Assembly: GCA_963755025.1 (NCBI GenBank)
Contig: CAVWIH010000033.1
Span: 64,001 to 128,000 of the forward strand
Direction of reading: 5' to 3'
Length of the DNA: 64,000 bases
Origin: an uncultured Actinomycetes bacterium
Lineage (GTDB): Bacteria; Actinomycetota; Thermoleophilia; UBA2241
The notes under the pieces were generated by a model. That model was not told where the DNA came from and searched no databases. It was given only the letters and a program-made list of their open reading frames with translations. Position numbers and translations under genes: made by a program. This document shows, piece by piece, positions 51,063 to 61,634 of this stretch (position 1 is the stretch's first letter; the number at the start of each line of letters is the position of its first letter).

Positions 51063-52202
51063 ATGAAGCGCGATTACTACGATGTGCTGGGCGTCGAGCG
51101 CGACGCCGGCGAGGCCGAGATCAAGAAGTCGTTCCGCAAGCTGGCACGGCAGTTCCACCCCGACGTGAACCCCGACGACCCCGAAGCCGAGGCCAACTTC
51201 AAGGAGCTCGCCGAAGCCTATGAGGTGCTCTCCGACGACCAGACGCGGGCGGCCTACGACCGCTACGGGTTCGACGGCCTCAAGGGCCAGGGCATGCCCG
51301 ACTTCTCGCAGTTCGGCTTCTCCGACCTGTTCGACGTGTTCTTCGGCGGCGACCCGTTCGGCGCGGTGCGCGGCGGCGGCAGCGGGCCGTTCGGCGCGGC
51401 GGCCGGCGCACCGCGGGGCGACGACGTCGAGGTCCAGGTCGACCTCGACCTGGTCGAGGCGGTCTTCGGCGTGTCGCGCGACGTCGAGGTGCGCGCCGAC
51501 GTGGCCTGCGACACCTGCGAGGGCAGCGGCGCCAAGCCCGGCACGGGCCGTGAGAGCTGCCCGCAATGTGGCGGCACCGGCCGCACGCGCGAGGTCAGCT
51601 CGCTGGGCGGTTTCGGCCAGTTCGTGCGCACCAGCACCTGCAGCCTCTGCCGCGGGCAGGGCTCCATAGTGCGCGAGCCCTGCGAGAAGTGCCGCGGCAC
51701 GGGGCGGCGGCGCGCGACGCGCACCGTCACGGTCGAGGTGCCGGCCGGCATCGACGACGGCCAGCGTCTGCGGCTCACGGGCCGCGGCGGAGCCGGCGGC
51801 CCCGGCGCGCGACCCGGCGACCTCTACGTGCTGGCGCGCGTGCGCCCCGACCAGCGCTTCGCGCGCGACGGCAACGACCTGGTCTACCGGCTCGACCTCA
51901 CCATGGTCGACGCGGCGCTGGGCATGAAGGCCGTCGTGCCGGCGCTCGACGGCGACATCGAGCTCAAGCTGGCGCCCGGCAGCCAGCCCGGCGACGTCAA
52001 GGTCTTTCGTAACCGCGGCGTGCCGGTGCTGCAGGGCTACGGCCGCGGCGACCTGCGGGTCGTGCTGAACGTCACCGTGCCGCGCCACCTGGGCGACGAG
52101 CAGCGCGAGCTCCTGCAGCGCTTCGAGGAGCTCTCGACCGACAAGAACTACCAGCCCGACGAGGGCTTTCTCGACAAGCTGCGCGCCGCCTTTCGCCAGT
52201 GA
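51063..52202 (+). CDS. dnaJ: Chaperone DnaJ
   Basis: J domain with HPD, G/F region and four CxxCxGxG repeats. Confidence 0.97.
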   Translation: MKRDYYDVLGVERDAGEAEIKKSFRKLARQFHPDVNPDDPEAEANFKELAEAYEVLSDDQTRAAYDRYGFDGLKGQGMPDFSQFGFSDLFDVFFGGDPFGAVRGGGSGPFGAAAGAPRGDDVEVQVDLDLVEAVFGVSRDVEVRADVACDTCEGSGAKPGTGRESCPQCGGTGRTREVSSLGGFGQFVRTSTCSLCRGQGSIVREPCEKCRGTGRRRATRTVTVEVPAGIDDGQRLRLTGRGGAGGPGARPGDLYVLARVRPDQRFARDGNDLVYRLDLTMVDAALGMKAVVPALDGDIELKLAPGSQPGDVKVFRNRGVPVLQGYGRGDLRVVLNVTVPRHLGDEQRELLQRFEELSTDKNYQPDEGFLDKLRAAFRQ

Positions 52203-53152
52203 GCGCCACCAGCTTCAAGCGCTGCACGCTCGAGATCGCCGCCGACCGCTACGACGAAGCGGTCGCGGCGCTGCTCGACATGGGCGTGGTGGGCTGGCAG
52301 GAGCACCTGCCCACCGTCACCTTCTGGCTCTCCGACGACACCTACGCCGTCGCCCAGCGCGACGGCGCGCTCGCCCGCCTGCGCGGCCTGGGCCGCGTCT
52401 TCGTCGAGACCGAGGTCGGCGGCTGGGAGCAGCAGTGGCGCACCTTTCACCACCCGGTCACCGCCGGCGGCGTCACGGTGCGCCCGCCGTGGTCGGCGCC
52501 CACGCCCGGCACGCTCGACGTCATCATCGACGTGGGCATGGCCTTCGGCACGGGCTCGCACGCCACGACCCGGCAGTGCCTGACCGAGCTCGCCGAGCTC
52601 GAGCCCGGCTCGCTGCTCGACGCCGGCACCGGCACCGGGGTGCTCGCTCTGGCGGCCATGCGGCTCGGCTTCGCCCCTGTCTACGCCTTCGACAACGACC
52701 CCGAGGCGCTCGTCATCGCCGAAGAGAACGCGCGCCGCAACGGCCTGCGGCCGCTGCTGTTCGGCGCCGACGTGACCGACGCCACGCTCGAGCTGCCCCA
52801 CGCCGACACCGTGGTCGCCAACATCACCTTAAAGCCGCTCGTCGCGTTGGGCGCGCGCTACTCGGAGGCCTTGGCCGCCGGGCGCGAGCACCCGCGCACG
52901 ATCGTGCTGGCCGGCCTGCTCGAAGAGCAGCTCGCGCCGGCCGCGGCGGCCTTCGTCGGCTACCGGCAGCTGCGCACGGCCTCCGAGGGCGAGTGGCACT
53001 GCGTGGTGCTCGAAGCGGCCGCCGTGGCCGCCGACACGTCCGCCCAGACCGCCGTACCGGCGCCCGACGCGACGGCCGCGGCGACTCCCACGACCGCGCC
53101 CCCGAGCGCGCCGGAGGCAACGCCCGAGAGCCCCCTCGCGCCGGGGTCGTGA
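52199..53152 (+). CDS. prmA: Ribosomal protein L11 methyltransferase
   Basis: GMAFGTGSHATT, LDAGTGTGVLA and VVANI motifs. Confidence 0.93.
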   Translation: MSATSFKRCTLEIAADRYDEAVAALLDMGVVGWQEHLPTVTFWLSDDTYAVAQRDGALARLRGLGRVFVETEVGGWEQQWRTFHHPVTAGGVTVRPPWSAPTPGTLDVIIDVGMAFGTGSHATTRQCLTELAELEPGSLLDAGTGTGVLALAAMRLGFAPVYAFDNDPEALVIAEENARRNGLRPLLFGADVTDATLELPHADTVVANITLKPLVALGARYSEALAAGREHPRTIVLAGLLEEQLAPAAAAFVGYRQLRTASEGEWHCVVLEAAAVAADTSAQTAVPAPDATAAATPTTAPPSAPEATPESPLAPGS

Positions 53153-54483
53153 CGCACGCCGCACAGCCTGACCCCGGCGACCCCGGGCGCCCAGGCGAAG
53201 GCGGCGCCGCCGCGCCGCTGCGCGTCCACGCCGCCTTTGCCGGCTGCAAGGTCAGCCAGGCCGACAGCGAAGCCGTGCTGGCGCGACTCGCGGCGTGGGG
53301 TTGTCGCGCCGTCGCCGACCCCGCCCAGGCCGATGTTCTGCTGCTCATGACCTGCGGCGTCACCGGCGAAGCCGAGCGCTCGTCGCGCCAGCTCGCGCGA
53401 CGGCTGGCCGGTCACGGCCGGCCGGTGGTGGTGGCCGGCTGCGCCGCCGCACTGCGCCCCCAGCAGTTCGCCGGCCCGGGTATCGCCGTGGCGCCGCCCG
53501 GCGGCGGCCTCGCGGCCTGCGCCGACGCGGTCGCCCTGCAGATGCTCGACCTGGCGGGCGTGGCGCCGGCGGCGCCCGGCGCGGCGCAAGCGGCGCAAAC
53601 GGCGCCCCGCGCCGGCGGTCGCACGCGTTTCACGCTCAAGGTGCAGGACGGCTGCGCCCAGCGCTGCTCGTACTGTGCCGTGCGCCTGGCCCGCGGGGCG
53701 CCCTGGAGCCTGGCCGCCGACGAGGCCGTGACCCAGGCGCGCGCCGCCCTCGCCGCCGGCTGCGGCGAGATCGTGCTGTCGGGCATCGACGTCGGCGCCT
53801 ACCGCGACGCAGACGGCGCCGACCTGGCCGCCCTCGTGCGCCGTCTGGTGGCGCTGCCCGGACTCGCCCGCCTGCGCCTCTCGTCGATCGAGCCCGGGCA
53901 CCTGACCGCCGACCTGCTCGAGGCGCTCGGCCACCCGCTCGTGGCGCGCCACCTGCACGTGCCCTTGCAGTCGGCCGACGACGGCGTGCTCGCCGCCATG
54001 CGGCGGCCCTACACCTGGGGTGAGTACCGCGCGGTCGCCGACGCCGCCCGCCGCCACCTGCCCGGCCTCGCCCTGTCGACCGACCTGATCGTCGGCTTCC
54101 CCGGCGAAGACGACGACGCCTTCGCGCGCTCGCTGGCCGCCCTCACGCCCGACGGCGGCCTGTTCGAGCGCGTCCACGTGTTCCCCTACTCGCGGCGCTC
54201 CGGCACCGAAGCGGCCGCACTCCAACCGCTGCCGGCCGCCGTGATCAAGGCGCGGGCCGGCCTCGCGCGGGCGGCGGCGGCGGCGGCGCGCAGCGCCGCC
54301 GCCGCCGCCGCCCTGGGCGCTCCCGCCCAGGTGCTGGTCGAAGAGGAGCGCGACGGCGTCTGGAGGGGGTACAGTTCGACCTACGTGCGCTACTACCTGA
54401 GGGGCGACGCCGGCCGCGGCCGCATGGTCGACGCGGTCGCCGAGAGCCTGTACCGCGACGGTGTGAGGGGGCGGATCGTATGA
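53149..54483 (+). CDS. mtaB: tRNA methylthiotransferase MtaB-like (radical SAM)
   Basis: GCKVSQADSE, KVQDGCAQRCSYC, RLSSIEP, DLIVGFPGE and HVFPYSRR; follows prmA. Confidence 0.88.
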   Translation: MTHAAQPDPGDPGRPGEGGAAAPLRVHAAFAGCKVSQADSEAVLARLAAWGCRAVADPAQADVLLLMTCGVTGEAERSSRQLARRLAGHGRPVVVAGCAAALRPQQFAGPGIAVAPPGGGLAACADAVALQMLDLAGVAPAAPGAAQAAQTAPRAGGRTRFTLKVQDGCAQRCSYCAVRLARGAPWSLAADEAVTQARAALAAGCGEIVLSGIDVGAYRDADGADLAALVRRLVALPGLARLRLSSIEPGHLTADLLEALGHPLVARHLHVPLQSADDGVLAAMRRPYTWGEYRAVADAARRHLPGLALSTDLIVGFPGEDDDAFARSLAALTPDGGLFERVHVFPYSRRSGTEAAALQPLPAAVIKARAGLARAAAAAARSAAAAAALGAPAQVLVEEERDGVWRGYSSTYVRYYLRGDAGRGRMVDAVAESLYRDGVRGRIV

Positions 54484-54866
54484 CGACGGGGCAAGAGGGC
54501 GCCGGCACACGCGGCGCCGGCTACGACGCGGACTGCATCTTCTGCCGCATCGCCGCCGGCGAGCTGCCGGCCGACGTGGTGGCGTCCGACGAGCGCTTTG
54601 TGGCCTTCAACGACCTGCACCCGGTGGCCCCGGTGCACGTGCTGATCGTGCCGCGCGCCCACGTGGCCTCGCTCGACGAGGCCGAGGCGCTGCCCGACGA
54701 CACGCGCGCGGCCATGCTGCCCTTCGTCGCCACGGTGGCCCGCAAGGCGGGCGTGGCGGGTAGCGGCTACCGGGTGATCGCCAACACGGGCCCCGACTCT
54801 GGCCAGGAGGTCATGCACCTGCACTGGCACCTGCTCGGCGGCCGGCGGCTCGGGGCCATGGCATGA
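54480..54866 (+). CDS. HIT-family nucleotide-binding protein
   Basis: DCIFCRI and GQEVMHLHWHLLGG. Confidence 0.93.
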   Translation: MTTGQEGAGTRGAGYDADCIFCRIAAGELPADVVASDERFVAFNDLHPVAPVHVLIVPRAHVASLDEAEALPDDTRAAMLPFVATVARKAGVAGSGYRVIANTGPDSGQEVMHLHWHLLGGRRLGAMA

Positions 54867-55327
54867 TCCGCGAGGCGGGCGCGCTCGAGACGCGCATCAA
54901 GGCCGACACGGTGGTCGCGCTCAAGGCCGGCGACAAGCAGCGCACCCAGGCGCTGCGGCTGCTCACGGCGGCGCTCAAGAAGGAGCGCATCGACGCGGGG
55001 GAGACCCCCGACGAGGCGGCCGAGGTCGTCGTGCTCAAGCGCGAGCGCAAGCGACGCCTCGAAGCGGCCGAGCTCTACGACGGCGCGGGTCGTGCCGAGC
55101 TCGCCGCCCAGGAGCGGTACGAAGAGGGGCTCATCGTCGCCTACCTGCCTCCCGAGCTGGGCGACGACGAGCTGGCGGCGATCGTCGACGAGACGATCGC
55201 CGAATCAGGCGCCGTCACGCCCAAAGACATGGGCAAGGTGATGGGCGCGGTCATGAAGAAGGTAGCGGGGCGCGCCGACGGCGGGCTCGTCAACAAGCTG
55301 GTGCGCAGCCGCCTCGGCGGGCACTGA
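54863..55327 (+). CDS. yqeY: GatB/YqeY domain protein
   Basis: ALKAGDK, YLPPEL and KDMGKVMG..GRADG. Confidence 0.92.
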   Translation: MIREAGALETRIKADTVVALKAGDKQRTQALRLLTAALKKERIDAGETPDEAAEVVVLKRERKRRLEAAELYDGAGRAELAAQERYEEGLIVAYLPPELGDDELAAIVDETIAESGAVTPKDMGKVMGAVMKKVAGRADGGLVNKLVRSRLGGH

Positions 55328-55367
55328 CGGGCGTGTCGGCGACGGCCGGCGCTGCCGCGAGGAGACC

Positions 55368-56378
55368 ATGACGCAAAAGACGATCCAGCTCGGCGACAAC
55401 GCCGAGGCGCTCGCCCTGGCGGGCGGGCACGACGCCAACTTGAAAGTGCTCGAGCGCGAGCTGCGCTGCCAGGTCACGCTGCGCGGCGACCAGGTGCGCC
55501 TGAGCGGCAGCGACGCCGACGTCGAACAGGCGGCCAACGTGATCGGCGAGCTGCTGCTCGTCATCCGCTCCGGCCGGCCCGTCGACGCGAGCGCCGTCGA
55601 ATCGCTCGTCGACATCGCGGTGAGCGAGAACGGCAAGCCGTCCGAGGTCTACGGCGACGTGGTCTGGAGCCACCGAGGGCGCCAGATCGGGCCGCGCACG
55701 ACCCACCAGAAGGAGTACGTCGACGCCATCCGCGCCAACACCATCACCTTCGGCATAGGCCCGGCCGGCACCGGCAAGACCTACCTCGCCGTGGCCGCTG
55801 CGGTCGAGGCCTTCTCGAACAAGCGCGTGGGGCGCATCATCCTCACGCGGCCGGCCGTCGAGGCGGGGGAGAGCCTGGGGTTCCTGCCGGGCACCGTCTC
55901 CGAGAAGGTCGATCCCTACTTTCGGCCGCTGTTCGACGCCCTCTACGACATGATGAGCGGCGACAAGCTGGCGGCGCTCGTCGAAAAGGGCGAGATCGAG
56001 ATCGCGCCGCTGGCCTACATGCGCGGCCGCACGCTGAACGACTCCTTCATCATCTTAGACGAGGCGCAGAACACGACTCCCGAGCAGATCAAGATGTTCC
56101 TCACGCGACTGGGCTTCGGCTCGCGCATGGTGGTCACCGGCGACGTCACGCAGATCGACCTGCCGCGCGGCCGTCAGTCGGGCCTCGCCCTGGTGCCGCA
56201 GGTGCTTGGCCAGATCCCCGACATCTCGTTCGTGACCTTCGACCAGCGCGACGTCGTGCGCCACAAGCTCGTGCAGCGCATCGTGGCCGCCTACAAGGAC
56301 TACGGCGAGCGCACCGAGAGCGAACGCAGCAAGAGCGAGCGCGACCGCAACGAGCGCGCCGGGCGGGAGCGTTCGTGA
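55368..56378 (+). CDS. phoH: PhoH-family ATPase
   Basis: GPAGTGKT, RPAVEAGE.LGFLPG, YMRGRTL and DEAQN. Confidence 0.96.
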   Translation: MTQKTIQLGDNAEALALAGGHDANLKVLERELRCQVTLRGDQVRLSGSDADVEQAANVIGELLLVIRSGRPVDASAVESLVDIAVSENGKPSEVYGDVVWSHRGRQIGPRTTHQKEYVDAIRANTITFGIGPAGTGKTYLAVAAAVEAFSNKRVGRIILTRPAVEAGESLGFLPGTVSEKVDPYFRPLFDALYDMMSGDKLAALVEKGEIEIAPLAYMRGRTLNDSFIILDEAQNTTPEQIKMFLTRLGFGSRMVVTGDVTQIDLPRGRQSGLALVPQVLGQIPDISFVTFDQRDVVRHKLVQRIVAAYKDYGERTESERSKSERDRNERAGRERS

Positions 56379-56935
56379 GCGAGCTCAGCGTCGACGTCGT
56401 CAATCTCACGCGCCTGGCCGTCGACCCGGCCGCGGTGACCACGCTCGTGGCCGGCGTGCTCAACGCCGAGGGCGTGCCGTCGGGCGAGATCGGCGTGCGC
56501 TTCGTGGGCGCGCGCCGCATGCGCGCCCTCAACCGCGACTACCTGGGCCACGACGAGGTCACCGACGTGCTCTCGTTCCCGCTCGAAGACGCCGACGACG
56601 AGTTCGCCGACGACGACGCTGCCTACGGCTCGCCCGACGACGACGCCCCCGACGACGACACGCCCGACGACGACACGCCCGACGACGACGCCGACGACGC
56701 CGGCGAGCCCGAGGCGCCGCGGCTGCTGGGCGACATCGTCGTCTGCCCTACGCGGGCCGCCGCCCAGGCGCGCGCCGCCGGCACGCCGCTGTCGTTCGAG
56801 GTGGCCATGCTGCTCGTGCACGGCACGCTCCACGTGCTCGGCTACGATCACGAGACCGACGCCGGAGAGATGGCCCTGCGCCAGGCGGGCTACCTCGACG
56901 ACGCGAGCTGGGAGCGCCTGCTTGGCAAAGTCTGA
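56375..56935 (+). CDS. ybeY: rRNA maturation endoribonuclease YbeY
   Basis: TDVLSFP, LGDIVV and HGTLHVLGYDH; Asp-rich repeat insertion. Confidence 0.94.
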   Translation: MSELSVDVVNLTRLAVDPAAVTTLVAGVLNAEGVPSGEIGVRFVGARRMRALNRDYLGHDEVTDVLSFPLEDADDEFADDDAAYGSPDDDAPDDDTPDDDTPDDDADDAGEPEAPRLLGDIVVCPTRAAAQARAAGTPLSFEVAMLLVHGTLHVLGYDHETDAGEMALRQAGYLDDASWERLLGKV

Positions 56936-57656
56936 CGGCAACCGGAGCTCGCTGCTGCAGAGCTTCAACTTCGCCTTCGAGGGCATCATCCACGTGGTCC
57001 GCACGCAGCGGAACATGAAGATCCACGTGGGGGTCGCCATCGTCGTGCTGGTGGCCGCCTTCTTCTTCGACCTCGACCGGCTGAGCATCGTCGCCCTGTT
57101 CGTGGCGATCTCGTTCGTGTTCATCACCGAGATGTTCAACACGGCGCTCGAGTACGCCATCGACATCTTCACCTCGCGCTACGACCCGTTGGCCAAGCTC
57201 GCCAAAGACGTGGCCGCCGGCGCCGTGCTGGTGGCCACCCTGAACGCGCTCGTGGTGGCCTACCTCGTGTTCTACGACAGGGTCACCGGCGTGCCGTACA
57301 CCGTCTTGAACAAGGTGCGCCAGACGCCGATCGACGTGGCCGCGATCACGGTGTTCCTGCTGGTGATCGTGGTGATCGCCGTGAAGGCGATCACGGGGCG
57401 CGGCTCGCCGCTGCGCGGCGGCCTGCCCAGCGGCCACGCCGCCGTGGCCTTCGGCGGCTGGGTGGCGATCACGTTCATCGCCGCGGGCACCGCCTTCGAC
57501 CTGCCGATCTCGGTGATCGCCCTGGTCATGGCCGTGCTGACCGGACAGAGCCGCGTGCAGGCCGGCATCCACACCTGGCTCGAGGTGGCGTTGGGCGGGC
57601 TGCTCGGCGCCGGCCTCACCGTGCTCATCTTTCTCATCTTCTACCCGATCACCTGA
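56922..57656 (+). CDS. dgkA: Diacylglycerol/undecaprenol kinase fused to a PAP2-like domain
   Basis: SFNFAFEG, EMFNTALE and KDVAAGAV; C-terminal GLPSGH...SRV..GIH. Confidence 0.9.
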   Translation: MAKSDGNRSSLLQSFNFAFEGIIHVVRTQRNMKIHVGVAIVVLVAAFFFDLDRLSIVALFVAISFVFITEMFNTALEYAIDIFTSRYDPLAKLAKDVAAGAVLVATLNALVVAYLVFYDRVTGVPYTVLNKVRQTPIDVAAITVFLLVIVVIAVKAITGRGSPLRGGLPSGHAAVAFGGWVAITFIAAGTAFDLPISVIALVMAVLTGQSRVQAGIHTWLEVALGGLLGAGLTVLIFLIFYPIT

Positions 57657-57670
57657 CCGAAAAGGGGCGC

Positions 57671-58144
57671 ATGACAGCCACCGAACAGACGATCCCCGGG
57701 CGACCGCCCAGCGCCGCCGAGCGCCGCCTCTGGCAGCGCGCCAGAGCGGCCGCCGCGCAGGCCTACGCGCCGTACTCGGGCCTGTGCGTGGGCGCCGCCC
57801 TCGTCACGGCCGCCGGCAACACGTTCACCGGCGTGAACGTCGAGAACGCTTCGTACCCGGTGGGGCTGTGCGCCGAGCGCGCCGCGCTGGCGGCGGCGGT
57901 CACGGCCGGCGAGCGCCACTTCGCCGCGCTCGCCGTGGCCACCGACCAGGGCGCGCCCATCCTGCCTTGCGGCGCCTGTCTGCAGGCGCTCGCCGAGTTC
58001 GGCGAGCTCGACCTCGTCGTCACGCTGCCGGCGGCGAGCTCGGCCGACCGCGGCTCGCGCCCCGACGGGCTGATCGAGCAGCGCGTGGTCGCTCTGCACG
58101 ACCTGCTGCGGGCGCCGTTCCGTTCGCCCCGCGAAACGCCATGA
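57671..58144 (+). CDS. cdd: Cytidine deaminase
   Basis: AYAPYS, NVENASY, CAERAA and PCGAC.Q. Confidence 0.94.
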   Translation: MTATEQTIPGRPPSAAERRLWQRARAAAAQAYAPYSGLCVGAALVTAAGNTFTGVNVENASYPVGLCAERAALAAAVTAGERHFAALAVATDQGAPILPCGACLQALAEFGELDLVVTLPAASSADRGSRPDGLIEQRVVALHDLLRAPFRSPRETP

Positions 58145-59028
58145 CGGCGCCGTTCCGCTCCGGCTTCGTCGCCGTGCTCGGCCGTCCCAACGTGGGCAAG
58201 TCGACGCTCGTCAACCGCCTCGTGGGTCACAAGGTGAGCATCGTGTCGGACCACCCCCAGACCACCCGGCGGCGCATCAGCGGCGTCGTCACCGGCGACG
58301 GTTTTCAGCTCGTGCTGCTCGACCTGCCCGGCTTTCAGCGGCCCTTCGACTCGCTCACCCGGCGCATGCAGGCCACGGTCGACGCCACCCTCACCGAGGT
58401 CGACGCCGCCCTGTTCATGATGAACGCGGCCAAGTCGCCCGGCGGCGGCGACCGCTACATCGCCCAGGCGGTCGCGTCGGCCCGCACGCCGTACGTGGCC
58501 GTGCTCAACAAGATCGACCTGGTCACGCGCCAGGTGCTGGCCGGGCGCGTGGCGGCCGCCGAGGAACTGCTCGGCGGGGGAGAGGTGCGGGCCATCAGCG
58601 CCCTGCGTGGCGACGGCCTCACCGACGTCGTCGAGTCGCTGGTCGACGCCATGCCCGAGGGACCCGTCTACTTTCCCGACGGCGAGGTCTCCGATCAGCC
58701 CCTCGAGATGCTGGTCGCCGAGCTCATCCGCGAGCAGGCCCTGCGCGTCACGCGCGAAGAGGTGCCGCACGCGGTGGCGGTGCAGGTCGAGTCGATCACC
58801 GAACGGCCCGGCGACTCGCTGGTCGAGATCGAGGCGTTCCTGATCGTCGAGCACGAGTCGCAAAAGGCGATCCTCATAGGCAAGGGCGGCCGCGTCGTGA
58901 AGAGCATCGGCAGCGGCGCGCGCGGCGAGATCGAGACGGTGATCGGCGCCAAGGTCTTTCTGGGGCTGCGCGTGAAGGTGCGCAAGCACTGGCGCCGCGA
59001 CGACCGCTACATCGACCACCTGCTGTAG
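58141..59028 (+). CDS. era: GTPase Era
   Basis: GRPNVGKST, PQTTR, NKID, EEVPH and KH-domain SQKAILIGKGG. Confidence 0.97.
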   Translation: MTAPFRSGFVAVLGRPNVGKSTLVNRLVGHKVSIVSDHPQTTRRRISGVVTGDGFQLVLLDLPGFQRPFDSLTRRMQATVDATLTEVDAALFMMNAAKSPGGGDRYIAQAVASARTPYVAVLNKIDLVTRQVLAGRVAAAEELLGGGEVRAISALRGDGLTDVVESLVDAMPEGPVYFPDGEVSDQPLEMLVAELIREQALRVTREEVPHAVAVQVESITERPGDSLVEIEAFLIVEHESQKAILIGKGGRVVKSIGSGARGEIETVIGAKVFLGLRVKVRKHWRRDDRYIDHLL

Positions 59029-59128
59029 GTCCGTCCGGCCGAGCCCGGCCGTGAGGGCGCTTTGATATACTGCGGCCAGATGGCAGGCGCGGCAGGCGCG
59101 CCCCAGGTACTGAAGGGACGGCTGCGCG

Positions 59129-59830
59129 TTGCAAGCTGAGGAACTCGCCAAGACGATCGACCATACCCTCTTGCAGCCCAACGCCGTGCGCCTCGACATA
59201 GAGCGTCTCTGCGCCCAGGCCGCCGAGTACCACTTCGCCGCCGTCTGCGTGCTGCCGCACTGGGTGCAGTTCGCCGCCCGCCTGCTGGCCGACTCCGACG
59301 TCAAGGTCTGCACGGTGGTCGGCTTTCCCTTCGGCGCCGACGGCATGCGCTCCAAGGTCGCGGCCGCCGAAGACGCGGTGGCCCACGGCGCCGACGAGAT
59401 CGACGTCGTCATGTGCCTGCCGGCCATGCTCTCGGGCGACTTCACCTACGTGCGCGACGAGCTCACCGGCGTGGTGCGCTCGGTGCGCATGGCGGGCGTC
59501 AACAACGGCCGCGGACTGGTGCTCGTCAAGGTCATCGTCGAGACCTGCTACCTGTCGAACAAGCTCAAGAAGATGGCCTGCCGCATAGTCGAAGACACCG
59601 GCGCCGACTTCGTCAAGACCTCGACGGGCCTGGGCCCCGAAGGCGCCACGGTGCACGACGTCGAACTGCTGCGCGACGCGCTTAGCGAGCGCGTGGCCGT
59701 CAAGGCCGCCGGCGGCGTGCGCACGTGCGACGAGGTCCTGCGCCTCATCAACGCCGGCGCCGCCCGCATAGGCACGAGCGCCGGCGACCAGATCATGCAG
59801 GAGTTCCGCAGCGGGCAGAACGGCGGCTGA
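59129..59830 (+). CDS. deoC: Deoxyribose-phosphate aldolase
   Basis: IDHTLL, VGFPFG, KVIVET, FVKTSTG and KAAGGVR. Confidence 0.96.
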   Translation: MQAEELAKTIDHTLLQPNAVRLDIERLCAQAAEYHFAAVCVLPHWVQFAARLLADSDVKVCTVVGFPFGADGMRSKVAAAEDAVAHGADEIDVVMCLPAMLSGDFTYVRDELTGVVRSVRMAGVNNGRGLVLVKVIVETCYLSNKLKKMACRIVEDTGADFVKTSTGLGPEGATVHDVELLRDALSERVAVKAAGGVRTCDEVLRLINAGAARIGTSAGDQIMQEFRSGQNGG

Positions 59831-59906
59831 CCAGAAGGCCACGGGGGCGCTCCGGCAACGGCTTTTCTTGCGCTGCGAAGGGAATAGAATCGCGCGCAGC
59901 AGACCC

Positions 59907-61625
59907 ATGGGTACTCACTCTCTCAGGCCGCTCTTGACGACAGCGGGCCGGTTCGGCCGCCGCGTGTCTGCCGGTGCGTCCCGGGCCACGGCGGCGATCG
60001 GCTGGACCGGCCTCATCCTGCTGGCCGTGCTGGCGGTGGCCGCCTTCTTGCGCTTCAAGGGCGTGAGCTGGGGCCTGCCGTACCCGTACCAGAACCCCGA
60101 CGAGAAGGTCGTGCTGGCGCGTGCCTTTCGCATAGCGCGCGGCCACTTCAACCCCGAGTTCTTCTACTACCCGTCGCTGCTGTTCAACCTCATCGGCACG
60201 GCTATCTGGGCGGTCAGCAAGGTCTACGTGCCGCACGGCGGCGCCAGCCTGATCAGCCCGGTCACCTACGTCACCGACCCCACGCCGTACTACCTGATCG
60301 GGCGCGCCGTGGTGGCCACCTGCGGCGTGGTGTCGGTGTACCTCGTCTACCGGCTCGGCAAAGAGGCCTTCTCGCGGCCGGTGGGCCTGCTGGCCGCCCT
60401 GTTCCTGGCCGTCGAGCCGCTGCACGTACGCTACTCGCACGTCGCGGTCACCGACGTGCCGGCCACCATGTTCGGCCTGCTCGCCCTGCTGCTGTTCCTG
60501 CGGGCGGCGCGCCTGCGCTCGCCGCGCACGCTGCTGTGGGGCGCCCTGGCGGCCGGCCTGGCCACCGGCACCAAGTACAACCTCGGCATGCTGGTCGTGC
60601 CCGGCGTGATCGCCTGCTGGTACGTGTACCGCGGGCAGCCGGCCGACCACCGCGTGCGCGCCCTGGCGGCGCGCGCGGCGCGCCGCATCGCGCTGCCCAT
60701 GCTGCTGGCCTTCGTGGTGAGCACGCCCTATGCGGTGCTCGACCCGCGCCACTTCCTGGGCAACTTCGCGAGCCAGAACAAGATCGTCGCCAACGGCTGG
60801 CTGGGCTTCGAGAACGTGCACAACGGCTACTGGTACAACCTGAGCGTGAACCTGCTCGGCTCGCTGGGCATCGTGCTGCTCGTGCTGGGCCTGATCGGCA
60901 TCGCCCTGGCGCTGGTCAGGCGCACCCGCGCCGACCTCATCCTCGTGCCCTACGTCATCGTCTACTACCTCTACGTGAGCTCGTGGCACGCCCTCATGGA
61001 CCGCTACCTGCTGCCCATCGTGCCGCTGCTCATCGTGCTCGCGGTGCGCGCCTGCCTGGCGCCGGTGGCCCGACCGGCCCTGCGCCGCCGGGCGGTCGTG
61101 GTCGCCCTCGCCACGGTGGTGCTGCTGGGCGCCATCGTGTTGCCCGCGCGCGCCTCGATCAACTACTCGCGCTCGCTCTCGGGCACCGACGTGCGCACCG
61201 TGGCCAAGACCTGGATCGAGCGGCACCTGGCGCCCGGCACGGTCATCGCCATGGAGCCCTACGGACCGCCGCTCGTGCCCTACTTCGACCTGCGCTTCTA
61301 CACCGACGCCCGACTGACGACGCCGAGCTACACGATCTACAAGCTGCCTCTGCCGCTGCCCGGCACGAGCAACCCCAGGGACCGCCTGCGCGCCCTCGTG
61401 CTACACCACGTCGACTACGTGGTGCTCAGCTCGCAGGTCGACAGCCGCGTGATGGCGGCGCGCGCGGTCTACCCGCTGCAGGTCGCCTTTTACCAGGAGG
61501 TGGCGCGCTTCGGGCGCATCCAGGCCACCTTCACGCCGCGGCCCGGCGAGCAGGGCCCGACGATCACGGTGTACCGCTTGCCGGCCAGTCTCACGCTGGC
61601 CTCGCTCAAGCGGCACCACTTCTAG
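59907..61625 (+). CDS. GT39/ArnT-like membrane glycosyltransferase
   Basis: PDE motif after the first TM, FYYPSL, TKY and RYLLP; many TM helices and a soluble C-terminal domain. Confidence 0.82.
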   Translation: MGTHSLRPLLTTAGRFGRRVSAGASRATAAIGWTGLILLAVLAVAAFLRFKGVSWGLPYPYQNPDEKVVLARAFRIARGHFNPEFFYYPSLLFNLIGTAIWAVSKVYVPHGGASLISPVTYVTDPTPYYLIGRAVVATCGVVSVYLVYRLGKEAFSRPVGLLAALFLAVEPLHVRYSHVAVTDVPATMFGLLALLLFLRAARLRSPRTLLWGALAAGLATGTKYNLGMLVVPGVIACWYVYRGQPADHRVRALAARAARRIALPMLLAFVVSTPYAVLDPRHFLGNFASQNKIVANGWLGFENVHNGYWYNLSVNLLGSLGIVLLVLGLIGIALALVRRTRADLILVPYVIVYYLYVSSWHALMDRYLLPIVPLLIVLAVRACLAPVARPALRRRAVVVALATVVLLGAIVLPARASINYSRSLSGTDVRTVAKTWIERHLAPGTVIAMEPYGPPLVPYFDLRFYTDARLTTPSYTIYKLPLPLPGTSNPRDRLRALVLHHVDYVVLSSQVDSRVMAARAVYPLQVAFYQEVARFGRIQATFTPRPGEQGPTITVYRLPASLTLASLKRHHF

Positions 61626-61634
61626 GCGTGCGCC

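Noticed and set aside
46606-51063. CIRCE operator for hrcA-dnaJ
   Set aside because: No TTAGCACTC-N9-GAGTGCTAA match seen upstream of lepA, hrcA or dnaJ
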